54,821 nucleotides of DNA from Collinsella sp. (GCA_048373195.1 DBGDZK010000183.1:1-54821); one strand, 5' to 3'. Counted from the stretch's first letter, positions 1 through 9,480 are shown. The notes: a model not told the origin generated them from the letters alone. Translations and numbers: made by a program.

Positions 1-30
1 GCCGTCGACACCCGCGTCACCAATTGCGTC
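1..30 (+). repeat. Direct repeat copy 1 (GCCGTCGACACCCGCGTCACCAATT), left of the R-M cassette
   Basis: Positions 1-25 are identical to 3044-3068; 1-30 match 3178-3207 at 27/30. May extend beyond the window start. Confidence 0.85.
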
Positions 31-153
31 TAGAGCCCTCCGGTAGAGTGTCCAAGCCCTAAAGCCCAGTTGATGCTACGGGGTTTAGAGGCGGACTGAA
101 GCAAGGGGAAGACATGTCCGCTCGGGGTGATAGACTAACGCTGTGGTAAATAC

Positions 154-168
154 AGGACAGTTTGACCG
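154..168. promoter_or_regulatory. Putative autoregulatory operator of the HTH-methylase
   Basis: AGGACAGTTTGACCG is an imperfect palindrome 24 bp upstream of the MTase ATG; 11/15 match to the M.SsoII regulatory site AGGACAAATTGTCCT as recalled. Confidence 0.5.
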
Positions 169-192
169 TTTTTCAACCAAGATAGGCGTCCC

Positions 193-1341
193 ATGCAACT
201 AAATGCAGCTGATATAGCGCAAAAGAGAATTGACCTCGGCCTCACCCAAAAGGAGTTCGCCGCCGCCCTTGGTATGGGCTCGTCTGGCGAACGCACCGTT
301 CGGCGCTGGGAGTCTGGGGATACTAGTCCAACGGCGGCTGAATGCGCCTTTATCGCATCGCTCGATGCGGGGGCTCCATTTGACCAAGGGGAGCGCAGCG
401 ACGCGCCTTTTACCTTCTGCGATCTCTTCGCGGGCATCGGCGGTATACGAATGCCGTTCCAGGAGTTTGGCGGTAGGTGCGTCTTCTCTTGCGAGTGGGA
501 TAAGTTCGCCCAGAAAACCTACCGGATGAACTATGGAGAGACCCCGGCGGGCGACATCCGTCAGGTCGCATCAAACGATATACCGGACTTCGATGTCCTG
601 CTCGCAGGCTTTCCTTGTCAGCCATTCTCCCTTGCAGGCGTTTCGAAGAAGCAATCTTTGGGGAGACCCACCGGCTTTGAGGATAAAACGCAGGGAACCC
701 TCTTTTTCGAGGTCGCTCGCATCATACGCGACAAGCGCCCGAAGGCCTTCTTGCTTGAGAACGTTAAGAACCTTACGAGTCACGACGGCGGGAAGACCTT
801 CAAGGTCATACGACAGACGCTTGAGGAGGACCTTGGATACCATATTTTCTGGAAAGTGCTTGATTCAAAAAACTGGACGTGCCAGCACAGGGAGCGCATC
901 TACATCGTGGGGTTCAGGGAGGAAGTTCCCTTCTCGTGGGATGACCTTGAGGTGCCGGGACCGGGACATACGCTAGGGGAAATCCTCGAAGAGCAACCAA
1001 ACGAACGCTACACCATTTCGGATAAGCTATGGGCCTATCTGCGCGCCTATCGCGAAAAGCATGAGGCGGCGGGCCACGGCTTTGGATACTCGATGGTCGG
1101 CCCAGAGGACACGACAAGGACGCTTTCCGCCCGGTACCACAAGGATGGCAGCGAGATTCTGGTCGGGCAGGAAGGAAAAAACCCTCGTAAACTCACTCCC
1201 CGCGAATGCGCGCGCCTGCAAGGATTTCCCGATGAGTTCATCATCCCGGTGTCGGATACTCAGGCATACAGGCAGTTCGGCAACTCCGTGACCGTGCCGG
1301 TCGTGCGCTCGGTCGCGAAGTTGATGATGGAGGTGTTCTAG
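193..1341 (+). CDS. dcm: DNA (cytosine-5) methyltransferase, Dcm/EcoRII/SsoII-like, with N-terminal XRE-type HTH
   Basis: Motifs FAGIGG, GFPCQPFS, ENV, Q-RER, TLSARYHKDGSEIL, RQFGNSV; N-terminal LTQKEFAAALG...TVRRWESG HTH. Confidence 0.95.
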   Translation: MQLNAADIAQKRIDLGLTQKEFAAALGMGSSGERTVRRWESGDTSPTAAECAFIASLDAGAPFDQGERSDAPFTFCDLFAGIGGIRMPFQEFGGRCVFSCEWDKFAQKTYRMNYGETPAGDIRQVASNDIPDFDVLLAGFPCQPFSLAGVSKKQSLGRPTGFEDKTQGTLFFEVARIIRDKRPKAFLLENVKNLTSHDGGKTFKVIRQTLEEDLGYHIFWKVLDSKNWTCQHRERIYIVGFREEVPFSWDDLEVPGPGHTLGEILEEQPNERYTISDKLWAYLRAYREKHEAAGHGFGYSMVGPEDTTRTLSARYHKDGSEILVGQEGKNPRKLTPRECARLQGFPDEFIIPVSDTQAYRQFGNSVTVPVVRSVAKLMMEVF

Positions 1342-1342
1342 G

Positions 1343-2557
1343 ATGGACTATGGAGTACTTGGCGCGTATTATGACGGTGCTGTCGCGAAAACCCTCGCGG
1401 GCGTTGACATCATGGGGGCCAATAAAAGCCACCAGCACGAATTCAACGGCGTGGGGCCTTTGCGCGCGCTTTTCGGAGACGATGACATAAAGGGGATGCG
1501 AACTACCTTCGCATATCTCGATGATGGTGCAGACCCTATATTCGACCATGGTTATACCACTTGGTACGACGCCCGCAGGAAGCATCCAACTAGAACTGAG
1601 TATAGGCTCTACTACAACGATAATGCTGCCATGGGCATGGCCCGTCCGGGCGACCTCATGGTTTTGGCCCTACACGAAGCCAAGGAGGTCGTAATCCTAT
1701 TTGCCCGAGCGGGGAGTACGGCGGAATCTCAAGTTCGCTGGCTCTTCGCGCTCGACGGGGTTGGCGAGAAGGGTTTTACGCCCTCTGCTCGGGAGGATAC
1801 GCGCATCACGTCGATCGCCGCAAGGATTTTGGAGTCCATCGGCATCGAAGTTAGCATGCCGATCGCAGCGGAGAACTTCCTCGACGGTATGATCGAGAAA
1901 TTCGGCGAGTCCTTCCCCAAAGGGGCAGACTTCTCAGCCTACTCAGCTTCCACCCTTGGAAAGCTCGATTGGACGGGCGACCCGGATGGCTGCTTGGTCG
2001 CTTGTTACGAACGCGAAGAGATGCTGTTCCGCGTCTTCGAGCGGCATCTCTTGGAGCGCGACCTCGCGCCATACCTTGGCTCGGCGCTTGATGTTGATGG
2101 CGTGCTGCGCACCACTATGTCGGCCTTCCAGCGCCGCAAGTCCCGTGCGGGGACGGCGTTCGAGAATCAACTCTCGATGCTATTCGATGCTAGGGGCATA
2201 CGCTACTCGGCGCAGAAATACACCGAGGGCAAATCAAAGCCGGATTTCATCTTTCCCTCTATTGACGATTACCACGACCCCAAGTTCCCTGTCGCTCGAC
2301 TGACGATGCTCGGTGCCAAGACAACCATCAAGGAGCGTTGGCGTCAGGTGCTTGATGAGGCTGACAGAATCGAGGACAAGCATCTTGTAACACTTGAGCC
2401 CGCCGTAAGTGAGGATTACACACGAGCTATGGCTAAGGACAGGCTCAGCCTCGTTGTGCCCTCATCGCTGTTCGAAACCTACACGCCCGCGCAAAGGGAA
2501 TGGCTCATGAGCGTCAACGACTTCTGCAGGCTGGTAGAAGCCCGACAGCACGAGTAG
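1343..2557 (+). CDS. Type II restriction endonuclease, EcoRII family
   Basis: RRKSRAGTAFE, KPDFIFP and KTTIKERWRQV catalytic motifs; SHQHEF N-terminal effector-like domain; starts 1 bp after the MTase stop. Confidence 0.9.
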   Translation: MDYGVLGAYYDGAVAKTLAGVDIMGANKSHQHEFNGVGPLRALFGDDDIKGMRTTFAYLDDGADPIFDHGYTTWYDARRKHPTRTEYRLYYNDNAAMGMARPGDLMVLALHEAKEVVILFARAGSTAESQVRWLFALDGVGEKGFTPSAREDTRITSIAARILESIGIEVSMPIAAENFLDGMIEKFGESFPKGADFSAYSASTLGKLDWTGDPDGCLVACYEREEMLFRVFERHLLERDLAPYLGSALDVDGVLRTTMSAFQRRKSRAGTAFENQLSMLFDARGIRYSAQKYTEGKSKPDFIFPSIDDYHDPKFPVARLTMLGAKTTIKERWRQVLDEADRIEDKHLVTLEPAVSEDYTRAMAKDRLSLVVPSSLFETYTPAQREWLMSVNDFCRLVEARQHE

Positions 2558-2581
2558 AACCACGAGACGTTTTTTAGAAAT

Positions 2582-2620
2582 GAGGCCGGAGACCAGTTGA
2601 GTCTCCGGTCTTCTTTTTTC
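2582..2620 (+). terminator. Intrinsic terminator after the R-M operon
   Basis: GGCCGGAGAC-loop-GTCTCCGGTC stem followed by TTCTTTTTT. Confidence 0.7.
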
Positions 2621-2635
2621 ACTCGCAACAGATTC

Positions 2636-2794
2636 GTCGATCACGAGGTGGGATTTGTATTTGGACTGCGCAAACTCTTGGGCAAGGGTGCTTTTTCCAA
2701 CGCGGCGGGCCCCCTCGAGCATGATGGCTCGGGATCCATTGCTCGCTTTCCAATCGAGGAGTTTATTGTAGGCCGTACGTCTGAATACTGACAT
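2636..2794 (-). pseudogene. 5' fragment of an AAA ATPase (AAA_14/DUF4143-type)
   Basis: MSVFRRTAYNKLLDWK...AIMLEGARRVGKSTLAQEF Walker A; resemblance ends after ~53 aa and the frame runs into the terminator and REase. Confidence 0.75.
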
Positions 2795-2817
2795 GATTGC
2801 CCAATCTAGCTGCTGTA

Positions 2818-2902
2818 TACACGAAATGGGAAGTGTGGTTACCTGATTCAATACACGAAATGGGAAGTATATACAGGCCCTTTTCTACACGAAATGGGAA
2901 GT
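2818..2902. repeat. Three exact 17-bp repeats TACACGAAATGGGAAGT with 17-bp unique spacers (34-bp period)
   Basis: Copies at 2818-2834, 2852-2868 and 2886-2902. Confidence 0.95.
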
Positions 2903-3043
2903 GCGGGTACCGCTGGAGCTTGTTGGGATAGATGGAGCGCATGTGTTGCGTCGCTCAGGTATGCTCATATGTGCCTAGAGTTTCACATGCCGAGAAAGGT
3001 TGATGGCTGCCATATCCACATACCAAAACACGGAGCGCTCAGC

Positions 3044-3207
3044 GCCGTCGACACCCGCGTCACCAATTTCCCCGCGGGGGGGGGGAGTTTTCGAATCCGC
3101 CCGGGGGCACCAGGGAATATGACGGCGTCGCGTGAGCGGCGCCGTTTTTGGTTAGTGGGGGCCGACGGCAGATTCGGGCCGTCGACGCTCGCGTCACCAA
3201 TCGCGTC
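3044..3207 (+). repeat. Direct repeat copies 2 and 3 (3044-3068, 3178-3207)
   Basis: Match to positions 1-30. Confidence 0.8.
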
Positions 3208-3581
3208 ATTCGAATCGGCGCTGGGAATTCAGTGCTTTTCCTCATGCAAGTATCTTCCATCTTGCGTCGCCGTCAGCCGTGAGCGGTCGATTTTTACCGA
3301 TAAACGGCAAATTAATTCAGAAAAAATCAGGTAATTTCAAGAATGGTCAAACTTGATTAACAGCAAAACCACAAGGTAGATGGCTTTATACGGTGAAAAA
3401 CTCTGACACAATGAGAAAAAGAGTGAAAAATACTGATTGAAAATGAACTTATGTGGCAGTAATCTACATGTCACAGGGTAAGCCCCGGCGCGCAGGCGGC
3501 GGCCCTTATCGAATTACGGATATAGATCAGGTGCTCGAACGGGCAGAAACGATCAAGGACGAAGGTAAAGGACGTAGAAGC

Positions 3582-4520
3582 ATGAAGCTTGCAACTCGTA
3601 TCAACTCCTATTTTCGCGATGGCGACAAGAATCTTGATCGCGTGTTCGCGGAGTTCCAGAGCGTGGGCCTCACGCACGTCGACCTCAACTACCCCGAGCA
3701 CTGCACAGGTGTCACGGCGGAGGACATGGCCGCCAAGCTCGCAGCTCACGACCTGCAGCTGAACGGCTGCGCGCTGCGCTTCCGCAACGCCTTCCTCAAC
3801 GGTGACCTGGGCAATGCCGATGATGCCCTTGCCGCGGAAGCCCTTGAGCTCTGCTACGAGGCGTGCGACTACTGCCGCACTGCCGGTGGCAACACGGTGA
3901 CCATCTGGCTCGGCCACGACGGCTTTGACTACAGCTTCCAGATCGCCTACGCTCGCGTCTTCGACCAGCTCGTAGCCGCATTCCAGAAGGTTTGCGACTA
4001 CGCGCCCGACCTCAAGATCTCGATTGAGTACAAACCCTACGAGGAGCGCGCGTACGCGTTCATCGACTCCATGGGTATGACCGGCATGATTCTCAACGCT
4101 GCAGACCGCCCGAACCTGGGCGTCACGCTGGATTACTGCCACATGCTCATGAAGCACGAGAACCCTGCCATGGCCGCCGACCTGTTCGGCCGCGAGGGCA
4201 AGCTCTACGGCATTCACCTAAACGACGGCAACGGTCGCTTCGACGATGGCCTTATGATTGGTACGTCCACGCCGGTGAAGACCCTCGAGTTCCTCTACTA
4301 CGTGAAGAAGCACGGTTACGACAGCGCAATCTACTTCGACACGTTCCCGGTCATCGAGCCCGCTGCCGGCGAGGCTGCACAGAACGACCAGATGATCCAT
4401 CTGCTCAACGACGCCATCGAGACCGTAAGCATGGAGAAGATCCAATCCGTTATCGATGCAAACGACGCGATTAAGGCAGCCGAGCTTGTCCGCGAGCTCT
4501 TCTGCGCAATGGGGAGGTAA
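3582..4520 (+). CDS. Xylose-isomerase-like TIM-barrel sugar isomerase/epimerase
   Basis: WLGHDGFDY, IEYKPYE, LDYCH, HLNDG...DDGL, YFDTFP metal-binding motifs; ATG 3582 follows AAAGGA. Confidence 0.85.
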   Translation: MKLATRINSYFRDGDKNLDRVFAEFQSVGLTHVDLNYPEHCTGVTAEDMAAKLAAHDLQLNGCALRFRNAFLNGDLGNADDALAAEALELCYEACDYCRTAGGNTVTIWLGHDGFDYSFQIAYARVFDQLVAAFQKVCDYAPDLKISIEYKPYEERAYAFIDSMGMTGMILNAADRPNLGVTLDYCHMLMKHENPAMAADLFGREGKLYGIHLNDGNGRFDDGLMIGTSTPVKTLEFLYYVKKHGYDSAIYFDTFPVIEPAAGEAAQNDQMIHLLNDAIETVSMEKIQSVIDANDAIKAAELVRELFCAMGR

Positions 4521-4525
4521 CCCCA

Positions 4526-5902
4526 ATGAAACGCGACTGGAACGCGATGGCCCAGGGGATTCTGGACGCCGTCGGTGGTCCCGAGAACATCTCGGGCATG
4601 ACGCACTGCGCAACGCGCCTGCGCCTCAATCTCAAGGACGACGCTGCTTGCGACGACGCTGCGGTCAAGGAAGTCGAGGGCGTGGTGAACACGCTGAACA
4701 AGGCCGGTCAGTACCAGGTTCTCATCGGCACTGAGGTTCCGAAGCTGTACGAGAAGTTCGAACCGCTGGTCAAGGGTTCGGGCGTGGAGATCTCCTCTGC
4801 TACCAAGGACGAGGGCGAGAGCGTCATCAGCCAGATCTTCTCCGCGATTTCCGGCATCTTTGCCCCGCTGTTGCCCGCCATGGCCGGCTCCGGTATCCTG
4901 CGCGGCTTTGTCATCCTTGCCGCCCAGCTCGGCATCATCGCCGAGGGCACGGGTACCTACACTATCCTGTACACCCTGGCCATGAGCGTGTTCTACTTCC
5001 TGCCCGTGCTGCTCGGCTTCTCCGCCGGCAAGCGCTTCGGCGCGAGCCCGTACCTGTCGGCGCTGCTCGGCGCGTGCCTGCTCTACCCGGACTTCATCGC
5101 CCTCATGGGCGACGCGGGCAACGGCGCCATGACGGACTTCTTCGGCATCCCCGTGGTTCTCATGAACTACAACTCCACGGTTATCCCTGCCATCTTGTCT
5201 GTCTGGGTCTACTCGTACCTGTACAAGTGGCTCGATGAGCACGTTTCCGAGATGCTCAAGCTCGTCGTGCTGCCCGCCATCTCCCTGATCGTTATGGTTC
5301 CGCTCACCATGCTCGTCATCGGTCCCTTGGGCGTCTACGCTGGTGAGGCCATCGCCTTCGTGGTCAACTGGCTGATCGAGCGCAGCTCCGTGTTCGCCGG
5401 CGTGCTGGTTGGCGGCGGCTGGTCCGTGCTGGTGTCCATGGGCATCCACTGGGCCGTGAACCCCATCATGATCAACAACATCGCTCAGAACGGCTTCGAC
5501 TACATCTGCCCCTTCACCTTCGCCTGCAACTTCGCCGTTATCGGCTGCGCCTTCGGCGTGTTCCTCAAGGCCCGCGACCAGAAGCTCAAGAGCTTCGCGA
5601 TGACCGGTGTCGTATCGATCGCCCTGTCCGCCATCATCGAGCCCACGCTGTTCGGTATGCTCGTGAAGAACAAGAAGGTCTGGCTTGCGCAGATCATCGG
5701 CGGTGCCGTCGGCGGCGCGTTCCTCGGTATCATGAAGGTCGTCACCACTGCGTTCACCTTCGGTTCCGTCACTACGTTCCCGGCTTTCGTGAGTTCCGAC
5801 CCCATGAACTTCGCTTGGGCTATGGTCGGCATGCTCATTTCCGCCGTCGTGGCCGGTGTTCTTGCCTTCGCCTTCACCGGCAAGGAGGATCAGCTCGCCT
5901 AA
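4526..5902 (+). CDS. PTS transporter EIIBC (sucrose/beta-glucoside family), no EIIA
   Basis: HCATRLR phospho-Cys motif, GQYQVLIG, GIHW, IIEP and many TM helices. Confidence 0.92.
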   Translation: MKRDWNAMAQGILDAVGGPENISGMTHCATRLRLNLKDDAACDDAAVKEVEGVVNTLNKAGQYQVLIGTEVPKLYEKFEPLVKGSGVEISSATKDEGESVISQIFSAISGIFAPLLPAMAGSGILRGFVILAAQLGIIAEGTGTYTILYTLAMSVFYFLPVLLGFSAGKRFGASPYLSALLGACLLYPDFIALMGDAGNGAMTDFFGIPVVLMNYNSTVIPAILSVWVYSYLYKWLDEHVSEMLKLVVLPAISLIVMVPLTMLVIGPLGVYAGEAIAFVVNWLIERSSVFAGVLVGGGWSVLVSMGIHWAVNPIMINNIAQNGFDYICPFTFACNFAVIGCAFGVFLKARDQKLKSFAMTGVVSIALSAIIEPTLFGMLVKNKKVWLAQIIGGAVGGAFLGIMKVVTTAFTFGSVTTFPAFVSSDPMNFAWAMVGMLISAVVAGVLAFAFTGKEDQLA

Positions 5903-6161
5903 GAGCTTGAGGTGCGCCGCCTCTGGGATGCTATTTCACTCGACGCGCGCTGCCTCGCCTGGGGCTCGTTATCCTCGCTCGAGGAGCCCCGCCCTTGCGT
6001 GAGGCGCCTCACCTTCGTTCGAATTGTGAACGAGAGGGTTGGTCAATCGATTAAAGCGGTCGTCATCGCAACAGGTGGCGGCCACTTTTCTGCGCATGCG
6101 TTACACTTTTCGAAAAGAAATGAACGAGCGTGAAGCAGAGCGGTTTGGAGAGGTTCCCAAT

Positions 6162-6905
6162 ATGATCCCGTATGAGCGCCAGGAGCGAATTGTAGAGTGC
6201 CTGCAGAAGTCGGACCTCGTGAGGATTTCCGAGCTGCAGGAGGAGCTGCCGGGCGTCTCTATTTCGACGCTACGCCGCGACCTCAAGGAGCTGGAAGCGC
6301 TTGGCAAGGTTGAGCATCTTTCGGGCGGCGCAGTGAAGCTCGTCTCGGCTGTCCACGAGGTGAGCATCTCGACGCGTTCGGGTTTGCACGGGAGCGAGAA
6401 GGACCAGATTGCCCAGGTTGCCCTGCGTCTCGTTGAGGATGGAGATACGCTCTATCTCGATTCCGGCTCCACCTGTACGGCCCTGCTGCGCTTGTTGCTC
6501 GACCGCGACGTGACAATTTACACGACGGATGCCTCGGCGTGCCTGATTAAGAGCGAGATACGCGCCCAGCTCATCGTAGTGGGCGGCGAGTTCAACCATG
6601 TGAACTCCTCGTTCTGCGGTTCTATGACCGAATCGATCCTGCGCGACCTGTACTTCGATAAGGCGTTTATCGGGATCAACGCGATTGACGAGGACCGCGG
6701 CGCCATGACGCCCTCCTACGTTGAGGCGACGAAAAAGCGCATTGTGCGCGAGAACTCGAACAAGACGTACGTGCTGTGCGACAGCTCGAAGTTCCATCAG
6801 TTCTCGAGTGTTCGCGCGTTTGGGTTCGATGGTGTGGCGATTATCGCGGAGTCCTATGACGAGAAGATCGCCCAACGTGCGCGCCTGATCACGCCGGAGG
6901 CGTAG
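6162..6905 (+). CDS. DeoR/GlpR family transcriptional regulator
   Basis: SISTLRRDLKELE HTH, LYLDSGST, DSSKF. Confidence 0.92.
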   Translation: MIPYERQERIVECLQKSDLVRISELQEELPGVSISTLRRDLKELEALGKVEHLSGGAVKLVSAVHEVSISTRSGLHGSEKDQIAQVALRLVEDGDTLYLDSGSTCTALLRLLLDRDVTIYTTDASACLIKSEIRAQLIVVGGEFNHVNSSFCGSMTESILRDLYFDKAFIGINAIDEDRGAMTPSYVEATKKRIVRENSNKTYVLCDSSKFHQFSSVRAFGFDGVAIIAESYDEKIAQRARLITPEA

Positions 6906-7076
6906 GGTTTCAAGGCCCACGCCCGTGCGAGCACGGCCCATGGTGGCCAGCTGAATGGCGGGGCCTCTTTCTAGGGAACACAACGGCTTTTCGCCGTACG
7001 GAATCCGTATGACGCCAGCTAGATAGACAAATATGACAACGTTGTGAATCTAGAGAAACCTGTAGGTTAACAACGT

Positions 7077-7126
7077 GGTTAAACGATTAATCAGCCAGAC
7101 TTTAGATACAGGTTAAACGATTAATT
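7077..7126. promoter_or_regulatory. Two LacI-type operators GGTTAAACGATTAAT
   Basis: Copies at 7077-7091 and 7111-7125 with a CG-centred TTAA..TTAA palindrome; related site at 9504-9519 upstream of the lacI-like gene. Confidence 0.65.
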
Positions 7127-7167
7127 ACCAACGAGTAGATAACCAAAGAGCAGATAAGGAGTTCACC

Positions 7168-7821
7168 ATGTTGCTCTGCCCCAGCCTCATGTGCGCCGAC
7201 TACGGCAACCTGCGTGCGACCGTCGAGGAGCTCGACGCCGCCGGCATTGATATCTTCCATTGCGACGTGATGGACGGCAGTTTCGTTCCCAACTTCGCCA
7301 TGGGCCTCGAGGACATTAAGGCCGTGCGTGCCGCCACCAACAAGCTCGTTGACGTGCACCTTATGGTCGAGAACCCCGCCAGCAAGGTGGAGCTTTTCGC
7401 CTCCGCCGGCGCGGACATCATCTACATCCATCCGGAGTCCGAGCGCTACGTGGTCAAGACTCTCGCTGCGATCAAGGCCCTCGGCAAGAGCGCAGGCATC
7501 GCAGTAAACCCCGACACCTCGATTTCCGAGGTGGAGGAGATGTTGAACCTTTGCGACTACGTGATGGTCATGACGGTGAATCCGGGTTTTGCCGGTCAGA
7601 GCTTTATAGAGTTCACGAACGACAAGGTGCGTCGCCTTGCCGCGCTGAAGGAGCGCTTCGGCTTCAAGCTCATGATCGACGGCGCTTGCTCGCCCGAGCG
7701 CGTGCGCGACCTGTCCGCCATCGGCGCGGACGGATTTATCCTGGGCACCAGTGCGCTGTTTGGCAAGGACGCTGGTTACGAGGAGTGCCTGCGCCGTCTG
7801 CGCGCCGGCGAGGTGTATTAG
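7168..7821 (+). CDS. Ribulose-phosphate 3-epimerase family protein, AlsE (allulose-6-P epimerase)-like
   Basis: PSLMCAD, HCDVMDGSFVPN, DVHLMV, MTVNPGFAGQ. Confidence 0.88.
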   Translation: MLLCPSLMCADYGNLRATVEELDAAGIDIFHCDVMDGSFVPNFAMGLEDIKAVRAATNKLVDVHLMVENPASKVELFASAGADIIYIHPESERYVVKTLAAIKALGKSAGIAVNPDTSISEVEEMLNLCDYVMVMTVNPGFAGQSFIEFTNDKVRRLAALKERFGFKLMIDGACSPERVRDLSAIGADGFILGTSALFGKDAGYEECLRRLRAGEVY

Positions 7822-7893
7822 AAGCGGAAGGGCGAATTAGGGCGGATTGAGCGCGCGGCATGCGCGAATGGTTCTTATGGAAAGGGGTCTCTT

Positions 7894-8370
7894 GTGAAGA
7901 TCGGTATTGGAAACGACCACGTCGCAGTCGAGTATAAGGAGGCCATCACGGCGTATATCCAGGAGAAGTACGGCTACGAAGTCGTGAACTTCGGCACGGA
8001 CAGCACCGAGCGCTTTGACTATCCCATCGCGGGTGAGGCCGTGGCGGACGCTGTCATGTCCGGCGAGGTTGATCGCGGTATCGTTATCTGCGGTACGGGT
8101 GTGGGCATCTCGCTCGCCGCCAACAAGGTGCGCGGTATCCGTTGCTGCACCTGCTCTGAGCCGTATTCCGCTCGTCTGTCACGCGAGCACAACAACACCA
8201 ACATGCTCGCATTTGGTGCTCGTGTGGTGGGCATCGAGCTGGCCAAGATGATCGTCGACGCCTGGCTCACCGGCGAGTTCGAGGGCGGCCGTCACCAGCG
8301 CCGCATCGATATGATTCGCCAGATCGAGGCTCGTCAGCTCGTGCGTGCGGAGGAAGCACGCGGCTGGTAG
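7894..8370 (+). CDS. rpiB: Ribose-5-phosphate isomerase B
   Basis: GNDH, DYP, ICGTGVGISLAANKVRGIR, HNNTN, FEGGRHQRR. Confidence 0.95.
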   Translation: MKIGIGNDHVAVEYKEAITAYIQEKYGYEVVNFGTDSTERFDYPIAGEAVADAVMSGEVDRGIVICGTGVGISLAANKVRGIRCCTCSEPYSARLSREHNNTNMLAFGARVVGIELAKMIVDAWLTGEFEGGRHQRRIDMIRQIEARQLVRAEEARGW

Positions 8371-8373
8371 TGG

Positions 8374-8406
8374 AAAAGCCCGTCACCCATGTGGTGGCGG
8401 GCTTTT
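8374..8406. terminator. Bidirectional intrinsic terminator
   Basis: AAAAGCCCGTCACC...GGTGGCGGGCTTTTT between convergent genes. Confidence 0.8.
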
Positions 8407-8469
8407 TGCATGTCGCGCGTGGGATAGAACACATGCGAGAGAAAAACGCGGCTATTCGCTGCCCGCTGT

Positions 8470-9480
8470 CTAGCTGCTCGCGCGTTGCACGAGCTTAACG
8501 GGGACGAGCGTCTCCATCTCGGGCTCTTCGCCGCGCAGCAGGGCGAGCAGGGCCTGACATCCCTCGTGCGCGAGGCGCTCGGGGAAGCGGCGGATAGTGC
8601 TGATTTGCGGCGTCGGAAGCTGCGCATAGACGGAATCGTCGAAGCCGATGAGACGGACGTCCTCGGGTACGCGCTTGCCGGCGGCAACGAGCGCACGCAG
8701 CGCGCCCACGGCTGCGTGGTCGCTATGGGCGAAGATGCCGTCGACGGGGTAGCCCGTGGAGAGGAAGTCGGTCACGAGCTCTTCGGACTCGATGATGCTC
8801 GGCTGCTTACCCGAGACAAACAGCTGGTAGTCGCGGCGTAGCGGCATTCCGTGCGCGGCGAGCGCCCGCTCGTAGCCCATCTGGCGCTCGTTGCCGGGGT
8901 AGTTGGCGGTAAAACTCGAGATGCTCAGGATGTCCTTGCAGCCGCGCTCGATGAGGTGCTCGGTCGCCATGTAGCCACCGCCGATGTTGTCGGAGCCCAC
9001 GTGTGGGAAACCGAGGTCGTTTTCGGGCGCACGGTCGATGCAGACCACGGGGATTCCGTGGGGGACGAACTCGCCGTCGAGCCTGCGCAGGCCGGAGATA
9101 CAGATGATGCCGTCGGCCTGCTTGCTTGCCAGCGTGCGGAAGTAGTCGCGCTCGCGGGCAGGGTCATTGGCGCTGTTGCAAACAAAGACCGAGTAGTCCT
9201 CGGTTGCCAGCTCGCGCTCCACATGCAGGGCGATCTTGGAAAAGAAGTCGTTGGAGATGTCCGGCACGATCATGCCGATGGTCCGGGACTGGGCCATACG
9301 GAGGCTCTTCGCCGCCATGTTCGTGACGTAGCCGTATTCCTTGAGGGCGGCTTCCACGCGCTTGCGGGTGTCTTCTGAAAAACGGCCGCTGCCGTTGATG
9401 ACGTGGGAGACCGTGGCGACGGATACGCCGGCCGCGACGGCAATCTGGCGCATGGATGGGCGCTTGCCTGGTGTGGGCAT
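8470..9480 (-). CDS. LacI family transcriptional regulator
   Basis: IAVAAGVSVATVSHVIN HTH, IGMIVPDISNDFF, IGFDD. Confidence 0.95.
   Translation of the reverse strand: MPTPGKRPSMRQIAVAAGVSVATVSHVINGSGRFSEDTRKRVEAALKEYGYVTNMAAKSLRMAQSRTIGMIVPDISNDFFSKIALHVERELATEDYSVFVCNSANDPARERDYFRTLASKQADGIICISGLRRLDGEFVPHGIPVVCIDRAPENDLGFPHVGSDNIGGGYMATEHLIERGCKDILSISSFTANYPGNERQMGYERALAAHGMPLRRDYQLFVSGKQPSIIESEELVTDFLSTGYPVDGIFAHSDHAAVGALRALVAAGKRVPEDVRLIGFDDSVYAQLPTPQISTIRRFPERLAHEGCQALLALLRGEEPEMETLVPVKLVQRASS

Noticed and set aside
2818..2902. CRISPR array call for the 17-bp repeats
   Set aside because: Repeats and spacers are too short, there are only three copies and no cas genes are in the window; kept as a repeat finding.
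3076..3085. Poly-G tract as a phase-variation switch
   Set aside because: Intergenic and not evidently within a promoter or supported CDS; no support from sequence alone.
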